Source of the DNA: an uncultured delta proteobacterium
Lineage (GTDB): Bacteria; Myxococcota_A; Polyangia; Polyangiales; Polyangiaceae
DNA length: 64,000 bases
Direction: 5' to 3'
Assembly (NCBI GenBank): GCA_963696385.1
Contig: CAVOKF010000002.1
Coordinates: 64,001 to 128,000 of the forward strand
Within the stretch, counting starts at the first letter, position 1, and each line of letters opens with the position of its first letter. The position numbers were made by a program, and so were the translations under genes. Below are positions 43,883 to 55,091 of this stretch, piece by piece. A model generated the notes under the pieces. That model did not search any database and had not been told where the DNA came from. It worked only from the letters and a program-made list of their open reading frames with translations.

Positions 43883-44728
43883 CTATGAGCCGTGAGCGTC
43901 GAGCAAGAGCTTCTTGGCCTGATCATCGGGTGTGCCGTCATCGCTCATCGTTGGACTGTCCCCTTGGCTCGATGCGCTCTGCGGCAAGGAGGCGGAATCC
44001 GGAGGAGCGGTCCCATCCTGCGCGTAATTGTCGTACTTCGTCACGTCGCCCGTGTCGTCGTCGTCGCCAAACGGGTCGTCGGACAGGTCGCTCCCATCGT
44101 CCGCCCCGCTGCTCGGCGGCGCATCCCCACCTTCCGCGCCAGTTTGCCCGCTGGGATCCGACGGGCCGGCATGCAGCGCCAGGAGCGCGGCCCGCACCGT
44201 GTCGACGTCCAGGCCGTCGAGGTCCATGGCCGGGTCCAGAAAGCCTAGGTTCTGAAGCCGCTGGGCCGCGCCACTCAGGGTCTCGATCGGGTTCAGGTGT
44301 CCGACCTTGATACTGAAGGTCGCGCCGTCGCTGGCAAAGACGATTGAGACCTTCTGCATGGAGATGGGAATGTCGAACGTGGCGTGGCCGTCCCCGTCCG
44401 TGCTCAGTCCCTTCAGGTCGGGGCATTCCGTGACGCTGAAGCCCTGGGAGGCTCGAGCGGGGTCGGCGAACACCACGACCAAACCGACGTTGGGCACGTC
44501 TGACACAAACAGGTTACTTTGCCCCGTCTGGAGCGAGTGAGGGACCGGGCTCTTGTTCACCTGATCCGGGATGTACAGGACGTCCGTCGGAAGCAGCAGG
44601 TTCGGATCGGGCCGCAGCTTCCGCAAGTCGTCGTTGGCCGGGTCGTTCCAGACGGAGTCCGCGTCGAAGGCGAAACGGTACGCCAGCAGTGGGAGATGAT
44701 CGCCCTGTTTGACGACGTACGGTTGCAT
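43883..44728 (-). CDS. LysM-like/peptidoglycan-binding protein of the type often T6SS-linked
   Basis: YVVKQGD..LAY..WNDPAN..LR..PNLL; GHLNPI..GAAQRLQNLGF. Confidence 0.7.
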   Translation of the reverse strand: MQPYVVKQGDHLPLLAYRFAFDADSVWNDPANDDLRKLRPDPNLLLPTDVLYIPDQVNKSPVPHSLQTGQSNLFVSDVPNVGLVVVFADPARASQGFSVTECPDLKGLSTDGDGHATFDIPISMQKVSIVFASDGATFSIKVGHLNPIETLSGAAQRLQNLGFLDPAMDLDGLDVDTVRAALLALHAGPSDPSGQTGAEGGDAPPSSGADDGSDLSDDPFGDDDDTGDVTKYDNYAQDGTAPPDSASLPQSASSQGDSPTMSDDGTPDDQAKKLLLDAHGS

Positions 44729-44861
44729 GGTGGTCGCGTTTCCAGAGCGCCGAGCCGTAGCACGGAGGAATGCCGGAGCGGCGGCTGCGTTCTTTCGTGC
44801 GCCTCTCGGACAATCTTGATATCGTGGCGAGAGTTACCTTACAACGGGCAGATCACGAATC

Positions 44862-46595
44862 TTGGGCAAGGCCTCGGACACCCCGTTAGCCACGGCCGGC
44901 AGCGGCCCTTGGCAGGACTATAGCTTCAAGTGCTACGACAACATCCTTGACGTAAGCGCGACGTCGACGGACGGCACGACGTACACCTTAACGCTCGGCA
45001 AGGTGGACATCGCCACGCTCACCATCACCGATCCGGCGTCGCTCAAGCTTTTTCGCAGCTGGGACCCCGACGACGACGTCCCCAGCGAGAGTCTTATCGT
45101 CAGTGGCGTGGGCTCGGCGAAGTTCAATCAGCCGGACCTGAGCGCCGTCCGGATGGCCACACCGGGGAGCAGCGGCAACGTGACGCTGAACTTCGGAGCG
45201 GCCCAATCTCTGTCCTACGGCCCGCTCGACATTCCGCGGACCCAGACCATCAGCAACACTCTGCGCGCCGACAAGCTGGCCATCTGCAACGCGAAGACGC
45301 TCGCCGACCTCGCCAAGGCCGCGCCGGCCACGTCGGACTTCAACCTCGCGGCGAGCGCGCCGGAGGAGGTTCACCTCTGCGACGCGGCCACCGCCAACGG
45401 TTTCGAGCAAGGTGTCGTCGACCTGAACGCAGCGATCGACTCCGGCGACTTCGTCAAGGCATGGGCGAGCGCCAGGATGCTGGGCCTGCCTCTGCCGGAG
45501 GACGACGCGAAGTACGTCGATTTCGATTCGTTCTCCGACGACGAGTGGCACCTGGCCTACGCGGTTGGCGGCGCGGCGTGCAATCAGAAGAAGGACGGGT
45601 CGTTCGGCTCGCGCTGGGACGCGAAGAAAAAGTCGATGATCGGTCTGCAGGGAACGGGGAACTACCTCGACCTGATCAACGACATGGCCGAGTGCGGCGT
45701 GGATCCTCTCGCGTCGCCGCCGCTCTCGCTCGATACGATTTTCAATTACTACAAGAACGTCCAGCTCGAGCACTCGCACGAGAAAGTCAACGCGCTCTAC
45801 GCGAAGCTCCTCGCAGCGTGCCAGCGGGTCATGAGCGGGCTTCAAGTGCACTACCGCAATGCCGGGAACACGAAGACGCCGAGCTGGGAGAGGCAGGACC
45901 AATCGGTCGTCGTGCTCTACGTCGGAGGCGTGCTCGTCGAGGTCGGCGGCAAGGCGACGGTATTTCCTTCGGTGCAAGCGGCGAGCGACTTCGTGCCTCC
46001 CGGGGGCGCATCGGTCTCCGTCGCGCCGGGCCGCAAGGCCACCAAGAAAGGGCCGTCAAAGTTTCCAGTGGTCTTCAAGGGCCTCAACGCGCCGGTGGGA
46101 TTCAGCGCGTCGGTATCGCGTGCCGTGTACGGACGGCGTTACGAATCGAGCTGCGAAGGGATGGCGTCGTTTCGACTGCGGACGCTCCCCCAGTACTTCT
46201 CGCCGGTTGGGGTCGTCTGCGCGACGCTCAAGACGGGCGGCATCGGGCACTGCATCGCGGTCTTCTCGGGACCGGGCAGCCTCTATTTGTCGTCAAACGG
46301 CAAGGAGCCCATTGCGGTGACCAAGGGACTCGTTCAGAGCGCCACCGAGGCGGAGCTCGTCGCCATCTACAGCCATGGAAACCCGGCTTCGACCCTGTCG
46401 GCAAGCGACTTCGATTATGGCTTCGGTGTCACGCCTAAGCCGCAGGGCGAAACCCCGGCGCAGCGCGAGTCCATCATCGATCAGGTCATGCTCGACGCGA
46501 AGGTCGACGAGGCCTTGCACCGCAACAGCCGAACGGTACCTGGGCGCAGGCGCGCCCCGCTCGACTGGAACAACTTTCTTCCCAGCTGGGCGTAG
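44862..46595 (+). CDS. Hypothetical protein, possible papain-like C-terminal domain (start uncertain)
   Basis: 577-aa coding-like ORF; SCEG..GHCIAVF..YLSSNG. Confidence 0.65.
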   Translation: MGKASDTPLATAGSGPWQDYSFKCYDNILDVSATSTDGTTYTLTLGKVDIATLTITDPASLKLFRSWDPDDDVPSESLIVSGVGSAKFNQPDLSAVRMATPGSSGNVTLNFGAAQSLSYGPLDIPRTQTISNTLRADKLAICNAKTLADLAKAAPATSDFNLAASAPEEVHLCDAATANGFEQGVVDLNAAIDSGDFVKAWASARMLGLPLPEDDAKYVDFDSFSDDEWHLAYAVGGAACNQKKDGSFGSRWDAKKKSMIGLQGTGNYLDLINDMAECGVDPLASPPLSLDTIFNYYKNVQLEHSHEKVNALYAKLLAACQRVMSGLQVHYRNAGNTKTPSWERQDQSVVVLYVGGVLVEVGGKATVFPSVQAASDFVPPGGASVSVAPGRKATKKGPSKFPVVFKGLNAPVGFSASVSRAVYGRRYESSCEGMASFRLRTLPQYFSPVGVVCATLKTGGIGHCIAVFSGPGSLYLSSNGKEPIAVTKGLVQSATEAELVAIYSHGNPASTLSASDFDYGFGVTPKPQGETPAQRESIIDQVMLDAKVDEALHRNSRTVPGRRRAPLDWNNFLPSWA

Positions 46596-46597
46596 CC

Positions 46598-47659
46598 GTG
46601 GCGTCGGTGCACCTCCGCGGTGTCCGCGGTGCTCGCGCGCCGGGGGCGAATGCCGCGTGGGCTCGCGCGGCCCTCGTCGTCGCCGCGGGCTGCGGCGGGC
46701 GACACGCCGCCGTCGAACGGCCGGAGTGCCCGACGGAGCGAATCCGGGCCGCGCCGGTCACTCGGAGCGCCGTCGCGATCACCCCTCTGGATGCGGGACC
46801 CCCGTCTCTCCCCAGGCGATTCTACGTGGCCGTTGCCGGGCGGTGCTCGGAGTGGATCGTGGCTGACGGCCTGGCCCGGACTGCGCGGCAAGGTCCGCTC
46901 GGCGAGGTGGTGCTCGAGGTCAAGGTCCGCAGCGGCAGCGCGGGCCCTGCCGTCGGCGAACACTACCGGCGCATCGGACCTCTCGAACGCATCCAGGACC
47001 GTCTGGAGGCACTGGCGTGCTACCCCTGCTTTCTCGAACGCGACCCGATGGTCGCTCGTGCCTGGCAGGACTGTGCGCCCGTCCGCCCTGCCCGCTGGTA
47101 TGCCGACCTTCGGGACTGCACCCACGAAGCAGCGCTCCTCGAAGGCTTGCCCGACGCAAGCCCGCGCGCCGGCTGGGAGTTTCACAACGGGGTGACCTGC
47201 GAGCTTTCCGAGGAGGGCGCGCGCGCCCGGGACGAGGAGGATCGCGCGGCGTACGACGCGACGAATCAGCAGCTCGAGGCGGCGCTCGCGACGGCGAAGA
47301 AGCGCCTGCTCTCGTTTCAAACCGCGCTGTCGCACACGCGCTCCGTGTTCGTCCGCCGCGGCGAGGGATGCGAGGCCTGGGACCTCCGGCAGGACGCCGA
47401 TAGCCCATCGGGATGGAATCTCACGGCGGGACCCGCTCGCCTCGGGCGGCCATCAGCTCTCCGAGTTTCGATTTGCAGCCGGCCCCGACGGGGTCCGCCT
47501 GACGGGCTGGATTCAAACGCCGATTCCGTCCCGGGATCCGGCGAGCAACGAGATTCGCTACGGTCCGCTGTGCGAGTCGTGGACGACCCTGACCGACGCG
47601 GCGGCGGGTCACGCGAAGTTCACCGACCAGGTGTGGTACTTCTCTCGCGTCGCATGTGA
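46598..47659 (+). CDS. Hypothetical lipoprotein (3' frameshift likely)
   Basis: ALVVAAGC lipobox; starts 2 bp after the upstream stop. Confidence 0.5.
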   Translation: MASVHLRGVRGARAPGANAAWARAALVVAAGCGGRHAAVERPECPTERIRAAPVTRSAVAITPLDAGPPSLPRRFYVAVAGRCSEWIVADGLARTARQGPLGEVVLEVKVRSGSAGPAVGEHYRRIGPLERIQDRLEALACYPCFLERDPMVARAWQDCAPVRPARWYADLRDCTHEAALLEGLPDASPRAGWEFHNGVTCELSEEGARARDEEDRAAYDATNQQLEAALATAKKRLLSFQTALSHTRSVFVRRGEGCEAWDLRQDADSPSGWNLTAGPARLGRPSALRVSICSRPRRGPPDGLDSNADSVPGSGEQRDSLRSAVRVVDDPDRRGGGSREVHRPGVVLLSRRM

Positions 47660-48112
47660 AAAAGCCATCGACGAGGAACCCGAAGGGTTTGGTCCGGGTT
47701 GCGAGCGGTTGGGCCGCTGAGGCACCCGAAGACCGCCCTCGCCACTTGCGGCACCCCCCATGATGCCAACTCGCTCTTGGGCCGCTCGCGGCCCCAGCCG
47801 ACCCTTCATCCTCGTCCCGCGACCCTCCATCGGAAATGACGGAAACCCGCGCCGAGGCGGTGGGACAAGAAGCCAAAAGGAGGTCTCGACATGTCCTGTC
47901 CCCGTTTCCTCGCTTGATCCGCCCTCGCCCTCGTCACGTCCGCGGCCGGCTCGGTTCGCGCGCAGGAGGCGGCCGTGCCCTGGCGCGCTCCGAACGGCGG
48001 GGCCGTGAGCATCAGCTACGCGAATGGTCTGGGGTCCGGCTCCATGGCGACGCGCGAACGCGGCCGAAAGACGCGAAATGTGCTGTCCATGGTGACGGGT
48101 GTCGTGTAACGG

Positions 48113-49087
48113 GTGGGTATGGGAGCGGCTGAACGGATTGAGGAAGTCGATGCGTTTTACGCGGTGGACGTGCATCTTGTGGGCATGAAGAAGCGACTGA
48201 CGTCGCAGGACCTGATGGGCGCTCAGCACAGCGAACTAGAGAGCTACGTCATCAAGGAGGGGCTTGAGCTTCAGCGCTTGCTGCTCGAGGCGCACATGGA
48301 GCTGCGGGCGGCGCGGGAACGGCAGGTCCCGGTGAAGGGCGCGGACGGCATTCGTCGCAGGACGCTGCGGGCGAGTTCGCGTCCCCTGATGACTCTTGTC
48401 GGCGAGGTGAGCGTGTCGCGGCTGGCCTACCAGGCGCGAGACGTGAACGGTCTGCATCCGATGGACTCGGTGCTGAACCTACCGCCCGAGGCATATTCGC
48501 ACGGGGTCGAGCGCTTCGTGGCGGAGCACACTGCCATCCAGTCGTTCGACGACGTCCAGCGGGAAGTCGTCTCGCACACGGGGGCCCAGGTCGCCAAACG
48601 GCAGGTCGAGGAGATGTCCGTACGCGCCGCCGCGGACTTCGAGCTGTTCTACGCCGAGCGTCGAGAGAGCGGAGAGCTGGAGGAGCACACGCGAGACCCG
48701 CTGGTGATGACGTTCGACGGCAAAGGCATCGTGATGGTGCCCAGGGACCTGCGCCCGGCAACCAAGAAGGCCGCTGGCAAGGCCGTGCGCAAGCTCGCGA
48801 CGCGCCTCACCTCGGGAGAGAAACGCAATCGCAAGCGGATGGCGGAAGTGGCGGCCATTTATACCGTGCCGAGCTATGCCCGTACGGCCGAGGAGGTCGT
48901 CGCGGACCTGAACCGGTGCGCCGACCGCGAAGCACGTCCGGCACGCCCCAAGGTGCGTAACAAGCGCGTGTGGGCGAGCGTGGCCGAACCCGCGAAAGCC
49001 ATCATCGAGGAAACATTCCGCGAGGCCCTTGCGCGCGACCCTGAGCACCAACGGCAGTGGGTCGCCCTGCTGGACGGCAACGAAGAC
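48113..49087 (+). mobile_element. ISKra4-family transposase, 3'-truncated
   Basis: TFDGKGIVM, GEKRNRKRMA, NKRVWASV, RDPEHQRQWVALLDG. Confidence 0.8.
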
Positions 49088-49304
49088 CGGAGACGTTCGC
49101 GCGCCGCACGTCGACCAGCGTTCGGCGTGGCGACGTAACAGGCACGCTGCCCACCCAGGCGCGTTCGCGTTCGGCGACGTCGGCGTGGTGGCTTCGCGGC
49201 ACGGGGGACCATCGCACGCGCACGGAAACGGAAACGCTCAGCGGGAAGAGCGGCGGAGCAATGATTTCACCTGACTCGGTGTAGGGGTTCGCGAATTTGG
49301 GGGC

Positions 49305-50440
49305 CGTGCTGGCTACTTGAAGGATCCAACGGACGATCGCGGAGATCAGGCGGCCCGGCGATAGTCGTGGTGCAGGCCGCCGAGCACCGGGAGTTCGACG
49401 ACTTTTCCTTCCACTGTAGTGCGAGCGGCGGCCGCGGAGCCGTTCGGGGGCACCGGGATCCGCTGGCGGAGCCCTTGGTGCGGCCGAGCGGCGTTGTAGT
49501 AGCGGACGTACTCCGTGACGACGCGTTGCAGGTGCACGTCGTCCAGCACAATAACGTGGTCGAGACACTCGCGACGAAGCGACCCGAGAAAACGCTCGCA
49601 GATGGCGTTCATGTTCGGCGCGCGCATGGCCGTGCGGAGGACGCGGATGCCGCTCGCGCGAGCGACGGCGTCGAAGTTGGGCCCGAACTTGTCGTCTCGA
49701 TCGCGAATCAAAAACTTCGGGGCCTCGCCAAACGGCGTTGCCTTGCGGAGCTGCTGCGTGACCCACGGCTGGGACGGCGCACGGGTCGTCGCCGCGAACA
49801 CGATTCTGCGCGAGGCCAGTTCGATGAACACGAACACAAAGATCGCGCGGAAGAACACGTCGTAGGCTTGCAGAAAGTCGCACGCCCAGACTTCGCGGGC
49901 ATGGTTTCGCAAGAACGTGGACCAGCTGCCCATGCGGTCTGCCCGGCCGGGCTGCGCGTATGTACCTCTGGATCGTGCGTTTGCTGACTTTGATCCCGAG
50001 CTTGAGCAATTCTCCGCGGATTCTTTCCGCCCCCCACGTCGAGTTGTTGGACGCCATCGAGCGAATCAACGCGCCGGTCTCGGCGGGGAGGCGCTTTGCG
50101 GAGCGCGGTCGGCTCCGCCAGCGCCACAGGGCCCTGAAGCCGGCGCGATGCCAACGAAGAAGCGTCTCGGGCTGGACGATGCGCAGCGCATTCCTCCACG
50201 TCGGCGTCAAGGCAGCGAGCGCGACCAACACGATCCGGTCGAGTCGGGTCACCCTCGGCCTGGCGACCGACCGCTGCAGAATGGCGACTTGGTGGCGCAC
50301 AAGGCGACCTCAGCGAGCAAAGACCGTCGCGACCGAAGCAAGTCGACGACGGCGGCGGCGAGCATGGTCATGACGGCAAACGTGGTCCGCTAGAGATAGC
50401 CGAGCCCTGGGAATCCCAGCCGATCGCCGAAGTAGCCGTG
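49305..50440 (-). mobile_element. rve/integrase-core IS, frameshifted (relative of 20890..21965)
   Basis: WACDFLQ..IRDRDDKFG..GGLHHDYRRAA; shared end AAGTAGCCAGCACGG. Confidence 0.85.
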
Positions 50441-50596
50441 TCCTTGCGGCACGGCTGCGGGGCGGGGAGTACGAGGGGGGGGTCTGGCGGGGGGCGTGCG
50501 AGAGGGGCAGGTCGCGGCGGGCGGCGGTGGCATTCGGCAACAGTGCGTGAAGTCGACGCGTGACTCGGGCAGCGTCGCGGTCAGGAGGAAGACCTG

Positions 50597-51010
50597 ATGA
50601 ATCGAACGAGTATCGGGGCAACGGGCGCTCTAGAAAGTCTGCGCGGGCGGATGGAGCGGTGGCGAGCCGGATGCGGAGGCAAGCGGTCGAGGGTGCCCCA
50701 GGAGCTGTGGAACGCGGCGATCGAGGTGGCTCGCCGCGAAGGGGTGTGGGCGACGTCGCGGGCGACGCGTTTGAATTACCAAGGGCTGAAGGACCGGATG
50801 AGCCGAGCGTCGACGGGCTCGGCGATCCAGACGACGTCGCCGTCGTTCATCGAAGTGGCGATGCCGGCGGCGAGGACGGCGGACGGGTCGAGCCGGACGG
50901 TGATCGAGCTCGAGGGTCGAGGCGGAGAGCGGCTGCGCGTGGAGGTGACGGGCGCGAGCGGGTTGGACGTGGTCGGATTGGCGCACGCCTTCTGGAGACG
51001 CGAGCGATGA
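50597..51010 (+). CDS. IS66 TnpA-like accessory protein
   Basis: RVPQELWNAAIEVAR..TRLNY..FIEV; coupled to tnpB. Confidence 0.7.
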   Translation: MNRTSIGATGALESLRGRMERWRAGCGGKRSRVPQELWNAAIEVARREGVWATSRATRLNYQGLKDRMSRASTGSAIQTTSPSFIEVAMPAARTADGSSRTVIELEGRGGERLRVEVTGASGLDVVGLAHAFWRRER

Positions 51011-51384
51011 TCCAGCTCACGCCGCAGATGCGGATTCTGGTTGCGGTGGAGCCGGTGGACTTTCGGCGGGGGATCGACGGGATGTGCCGGGTGTGCCGGC
51101 AGATCTTGTCGAGCGATCCGTTTTCGGGAGCAGTGTTCGTATTTCGAAGTCGTCGGGGGACCGCGATTAAGATTTTGGCGTACGATGGGCAGGGATTCTG
51201 GCTCTGCCAAAAGCGTTTGTCGCATGGAAGATTCGACCACTGGCCGCGAAGCGGCGCGGGCGACGAGAAGACTCGCCAGCTGCTGGCGCACCAAGTGCAG
51301 GTGCTGCTGATGGGTGGCAATCCGGAGACGACGCAGGCGGCGAGCCCGTGGCGCTCAGTAACGCCGGACGTCGCGGCGGCGTAA
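51007..51384 (+). CDS. IS66 TnpB accessory protein
   Basis: MIQLTPQMRILVAVEPVDFRRGIDG..YDGQGFWLCQKRL. Confidence 0.85.
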   Translation: MIQLTPQMRILVAVEPVDFRRGIDGMCRVCRQILSSDPFSGAVFVFRSRRGTAIKILAYDGQGFWLCQKRLSHGRFDHWPRSGAGDEKTRQLLAHQVQVLLMGGNPETTQAASPWRSVTPDVAAA

Positions 51385-51405
51385 GCCGGCCGCGCTCATC
51401 GCCGT

Positions 51406-53139
51406 CTAGGCGGCGGCACGCGTATCGTCGCCGCCGCTCGGCGAGGCGCCGCGCCGTGCGAGGGTGGCCTTGTAGTTCCAGGGGAGCCAGTCGCCGGGAG
51501 CCTCGGCGACGGCCTTGCAATGGCGTTGCAGCGCGGTGAGGTAATCGAAGGGATTTTGGTGGTGCAGCTCGGCGGTGTGAATGAGGGTCATATAGATGTC
51601 GCCGACGCGCGCACCGAGCTCGCTTCTGTAAAAGAACGACACGTTTCTCAACCGAATCGCCATCTTGAGGACACGCTCGCACAGGTTATTGTCGAGCGGC
51701 GCTCCCGGAACACGGAGAAAAACCGTGAATTTGTCCCACCGTTTGAGGAAATAGTGGAAGGCCTGCCCGAGGTCGGAGTGGGGCTCGATGCGCTTTTCGT
51801 CGAGCTGAGCGGTCATCCACTTCTGCAGATCCCCCATGACGGGCGCGCTGAGTCGCTGGTGCACCCGTAATCGCTCGTCGTCCGAGAGGCCTTGCTTTTT
51901 GCAGTCGTTGTCGACCTTGTAAACCGCCGCGAGCCGCTCGAGAAGCGCGAGGCACTCGTCGGGGTAGTTGGCGACCTCGTCGACGACCTTGCGTCGCCCG
52001 TGGGAGATGCAATTGATCTCGATGACGTCATGGCCGTCGGGGACGTTGCGCGAAAGGGCGTCACTCATGAGCAGAGGGACAGGCCGGTCTGGGGCTCGTT
52101 GTTTCAGCAGCTCGGCGAGGTTTTCTCCCGCATGCTTTCGCCCCGTGAAAAATAGCGCGATGACGCCGAGTGACGCGATGATCGAGACGATGGCGGTCGT
52201 GAACAAGCCTGTGCGCTCGGGGGCCTCGAGTGTTCCTTTCGCGAGCAAGTCGGCGCGGCGCTTGCCCATGAGGCTCAAGATGCGCATGTGGCTATCGTCG
52301 ACGTGCAAGAGCTCGGCCTGGGCGGCGATGCGCTTGAGCTCCTTGTAGACCGGCTCGACCCGATCGACGCGATCGCGCAGGACATCCCACTGGGTCGACG
52401 CAGGGACGGGCGTACCGAGATTGTCCTGCAGCTTCTCGAGTCGATGGAAGGGAACGCCCGCGCCGTAGTGCATCACGGCGATCATGCTGCTGGCGGACTC
52501 GTCGCACTTTTCTCCCTGGGCCTCGGGCGGCGGACGAGCGGTGAACACGTGGCCGCAGGCGCCGCAGCGAAGCTGCTTGCAGTGAAAGCAGGCGGCCCCC
52601 AGCGGAGCCCGCCCGACGATCCGAACGAGGGTCGCGGGGGCGGCCAGCTCGTAGACACGGCCTTGTGTGCAGAGCGGGCACGAGTCTCCCCGCCGCAGCG
52701 ACTCGTGATCCACGGTGACGTGCTGCGCCGCGCGATAGGCGGAGGCGGGCACGCGTCCGTGACCCTTGCGCTTTTCTTTCGTGGGGGGCGCCGATGGCTC
52801 CGGCGCACTCTCCGCGGCCGCGGGGGTGGCGCTGGGATCGCTCGCGGGCGCGTCTTGCGGCTCGACCGCCGGATGGGCCGTCTGCGACGCAGGGTTGGCC
52901 ACGTCGGCCTTGATGTGAGCGGTCTTCTCATTGCCCGTGAGTCCGAAGAGGCGCCGCACCCGCGTCAGCGTGGCGTGGGTCTTGCGTAGCTCGCGGGTCG
53001 TCTCGATCACGGTCGTCGCAAGCGCTTCGATGAGGTGGTAGTCGTCGTCACAGACGACCGCCCGGATGCGCTCCAGCATCGGCGGCAGGTCGTTCAGATC
53101 GACGTCACGGACGGGCGTGCGATCCACGTCAGTACCCAC
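51406..53139 (-). CDS. IS66 transposase (TnpC)
   Basis: LHVDDS, MSDALS, CISHGRRK, PLDNNLCERVLK. Confidence 0.85.
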   Translation of the reverse strand: MGTDVDRTPVRDVDLNDLPPMLERIRAVVCDDDYHLIEALATTVIETTRELRKTHATLTRVRRLFGLTGNEKTAHIKADVANPASQTAHPAVEPQDAPASDPSATPAAAESAPEPSAPPTKEKRKGHGRVPASAYRAAQHVTVDHESLRRGDSCPLCTQGRVYELAAPATLVRIVGRAPLGAACFHCKQLRCGACGHVFTARPPPEAQGEKCDESASSMIAVMHYGAGVPFHRLEKLQDNLGTPVPASTQWDVLRDRVDRVEPVYKELKRIAAQAELLHVDDSHMRILSLMGKRRADLLAKGTLEAPERTGLFTTAIVSIIASLGVIALFFTGRKHAGENLAELLKQRAPDRPVPLLMSDALSRNVPDGHDVIEINCISHGRRKVVDEVANYPDECLALLERLAAVYKVDNDCKKQGLSDDERLRVHQRLSAPVMGDLQKWMTAQLDEKRIEPHSDLGQAFHYFLKRWDKFTVFLRVPGAPLDNNLCERVLKMAIRLRNVSFFYRSELGARVGDIYMTLIHTAELHHQNPFDYLTALQRHCKAVAEAPGDWLPWNYKATLARRGASPSGGDDTRAAA

Positions 53140-54004
53140 CGAGCAGGCGTTTTCGGAAGTCGCCGACCAGCGGATATCCGAACAGCTGTTTGAGGGAACG
53201 ATTGGGAATCGAGCCGCGAGCGTCCTTGCCGAGGCCGGCGGTCATCCCGAGAACCGTCCAGTTGGCGGCGCGGTAACACGTGCCGCGAGAACAAGTCGGA
53301 TCGACAAATGTCTCCGTAAAGTAGATCGGATGCCGGTAGACCCGCTGCCAGTCGTCCGAAAGCCGGCGCGAAATGGCGCCGAGCAGATGCGACGCCAGAT
53401 GCGGCACCTTCACCCACGGCAAAATCAGAAACCGGCTCTGGTAGGCGACAAACCGAATATGGGCCCTTCGCTGCTCCTTGGACCAGCCGATGTAGCGATC
53501 CCGAGGCCCCAGATGCCGCGCGGCCGACGACCAGCAGAAACACGCGATCGGCTGTCCGGCCGCCGATACCAGGTACTTGAGGTGCTCGCCGACCGGATGC
53601 GTGTACCCCAGATAGTGATGCTGCTGGACCATCGACTTGACCAGCGACTCCTCGGGCGTGCGTCGAACCTGCCGAATGTCCAGGGGAGCGAGCTCCGCGA
53701 GCGGAACCGCCAGCGGGCGCGCCGGGACATCCACATGATCCACGACCGCGTGCCGACGTGGCTGCTGACTCCGCCATCGCGCCGGCGGCAGCTCCACGTG
53801 GCCTTCCCGGTGCAATCGCAGCATCAGCCCGCGACAGACCGCATCGCACAACGTCCCGTTGGGTTGCGCCCAACCCCACGCCTCACAAACCTTGAACGAC
53901 AACGCTCGGCGACTGGTCCCCGGACTCGCGGCGATCAGCTCTCGCAGAAACGCCACGTCGCCGGCGCGCACCTCGCGTCCTCGATATCGAAGCAATGCCT
54001 CCAT
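53129..54004 (-). CDS. DUF4338 (DruA-like) protein
   Basis: HHYLGY, RDRYIGW, RFLILPWV.VPHLASH, ETFVD, GTCYRAANW. Confidence 0.85.
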   Translation of the reverse strand: MEALLRYRGREVRAGDVAFLRELIAASPGTSRRALSFKVCEAWGWAQPNGTLCDAVCRGLMLRLHREGHVELPPARWRSQQPRRHAVVDHVDVPARPLAVPLAELAPLDIRQVRRTPEESLVKSMVQQHHYLGYTHPVGEHLKYLVSAAGQPIACFCWSSAARHLGPRDRYIGWSKEQRRAHIRFVAYQSRFLILPWVKVPHLASHLLGAISRRLSDDWQRVYRHPIYFTETFVDPTCSRGTCYRAANWTVLGMTAGLGKDARGSIPNRSLKQLFGYPLVGDFRKRLLGGY

Positions 54005-54094
54005 GGGCGCGATCCGTATCGCGCCATTTTTTAGAACGTAAGCTCTATTTTACACCCAGCCTCCGCGTCACGACCGCTCACCGCAGTGTTGCCG

Positions 54095-54340
54095 CAAGGT
54101 CACAAGTAGCCACCACGGGACGTAGACTCGCCTCCACACGCCGCTGCGGTTTCGGAGAGCGCCCCCACTCGCAGGGCATAGAGAGCCGCGCGACTGCCGC
54201 TCGGCCGGCGATGGCGGCGCTTGGACCCGCCGGAACGACGAGGGCAAGTCGGCCTGGCAAAACGGACAAGCCGGCTCCTCGACCCGAATGTGCCGGGCAC
54301 ATCCGGGACACGCTGCCAGTGGAGTCCGGATCACGCGCAA
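54095..54340 (-). pseudogene. CxxCxRH..CPFC small protein, truncated
   Basis: VIRTPLAACPGCARHIRVEEPACPFCQ. Confidence 0.5.
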
Positions 54341-55091
54341 CCGCCCCCCGCAAGCTCGACGAGAAACTCGAATCCGATGGGATCGAGCCGCTGCCTCGCG
54401 GGCGGGGTGGGATGGGCCATCCGCGCTCGGCGGCAGGCTCGGTCCATTCCGCTTGCGCCGGCGCGGGCTAGAGGATTGTTGAGCGGCCTGCCGGACGTGA
54501 TAAAGCGCGCTCCCGTCCGAGCGGTCACCGGCGCCTCGGTACGAAAAGGCGGAGGCATCGGGTTATCGAGTAGAACAGCACGTTCCGCCTTGCGCGGCCA
54601 TCCGTCAAGGCGCGGTCGGGAACCGGTCTCTCCTTGCCGCCAGGCGTCATCGACCGGCGCCCGCAACTCCGGTTGAATCGCTCCGAATGGGCGGCCATGA
54701 CCGAGTCCGGGCGCGAACGCGCAATCCCGCGTGCAAGTGTCGCCGACGTTGGCTCGGTCGCTGACGGCGCAGATAGGCCTGTCGGGCAGTGGGGTCGTCG
54801 ACCTTGCCTGGCCCTGGGAGGCTCTTGGCGCGCTCGCGGCGGTGGACCAACTTGCGGCGTCGCCCGACGACGATAGGCTTGGCCATGCAGCTCGCTTACG
54901 ACGGAGGAGGTACCCGTGAAGAACCGCGAAGCGTGCTTTGCGAAGGGTTACTGAGTCCGACTCGCACCCCATCGCCTGCGCGCGCGCGCAAGCGATCGGT
55001 CATCGCCAAACCCCACCTGGAGTGCGATGTTCTTCTCGGCGAGCCCTTGGGCGGTGAGTTGCGCCACGGCCTCGCGCCGCATCACGTCGGG

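Larger units (their letters stand above)
50535..54094. mobile_element. IS66-related element with DUF4338 gene
   Basis: Imperfect IRs CGGCAACA(G/C)TGCG enclosing four genes. Confidence 0.65.

Noticed and set aside
51007..51384. RNA-guided TnpB nuclease
   Set aside because: This is the unrelated small IS66 accessory TnpB, with no RuvC domain.
53129..54004. Druantia defence system
   Set aside because: No DruE helicase or other dru genes; the gene is coupled to an IS66 transposase.
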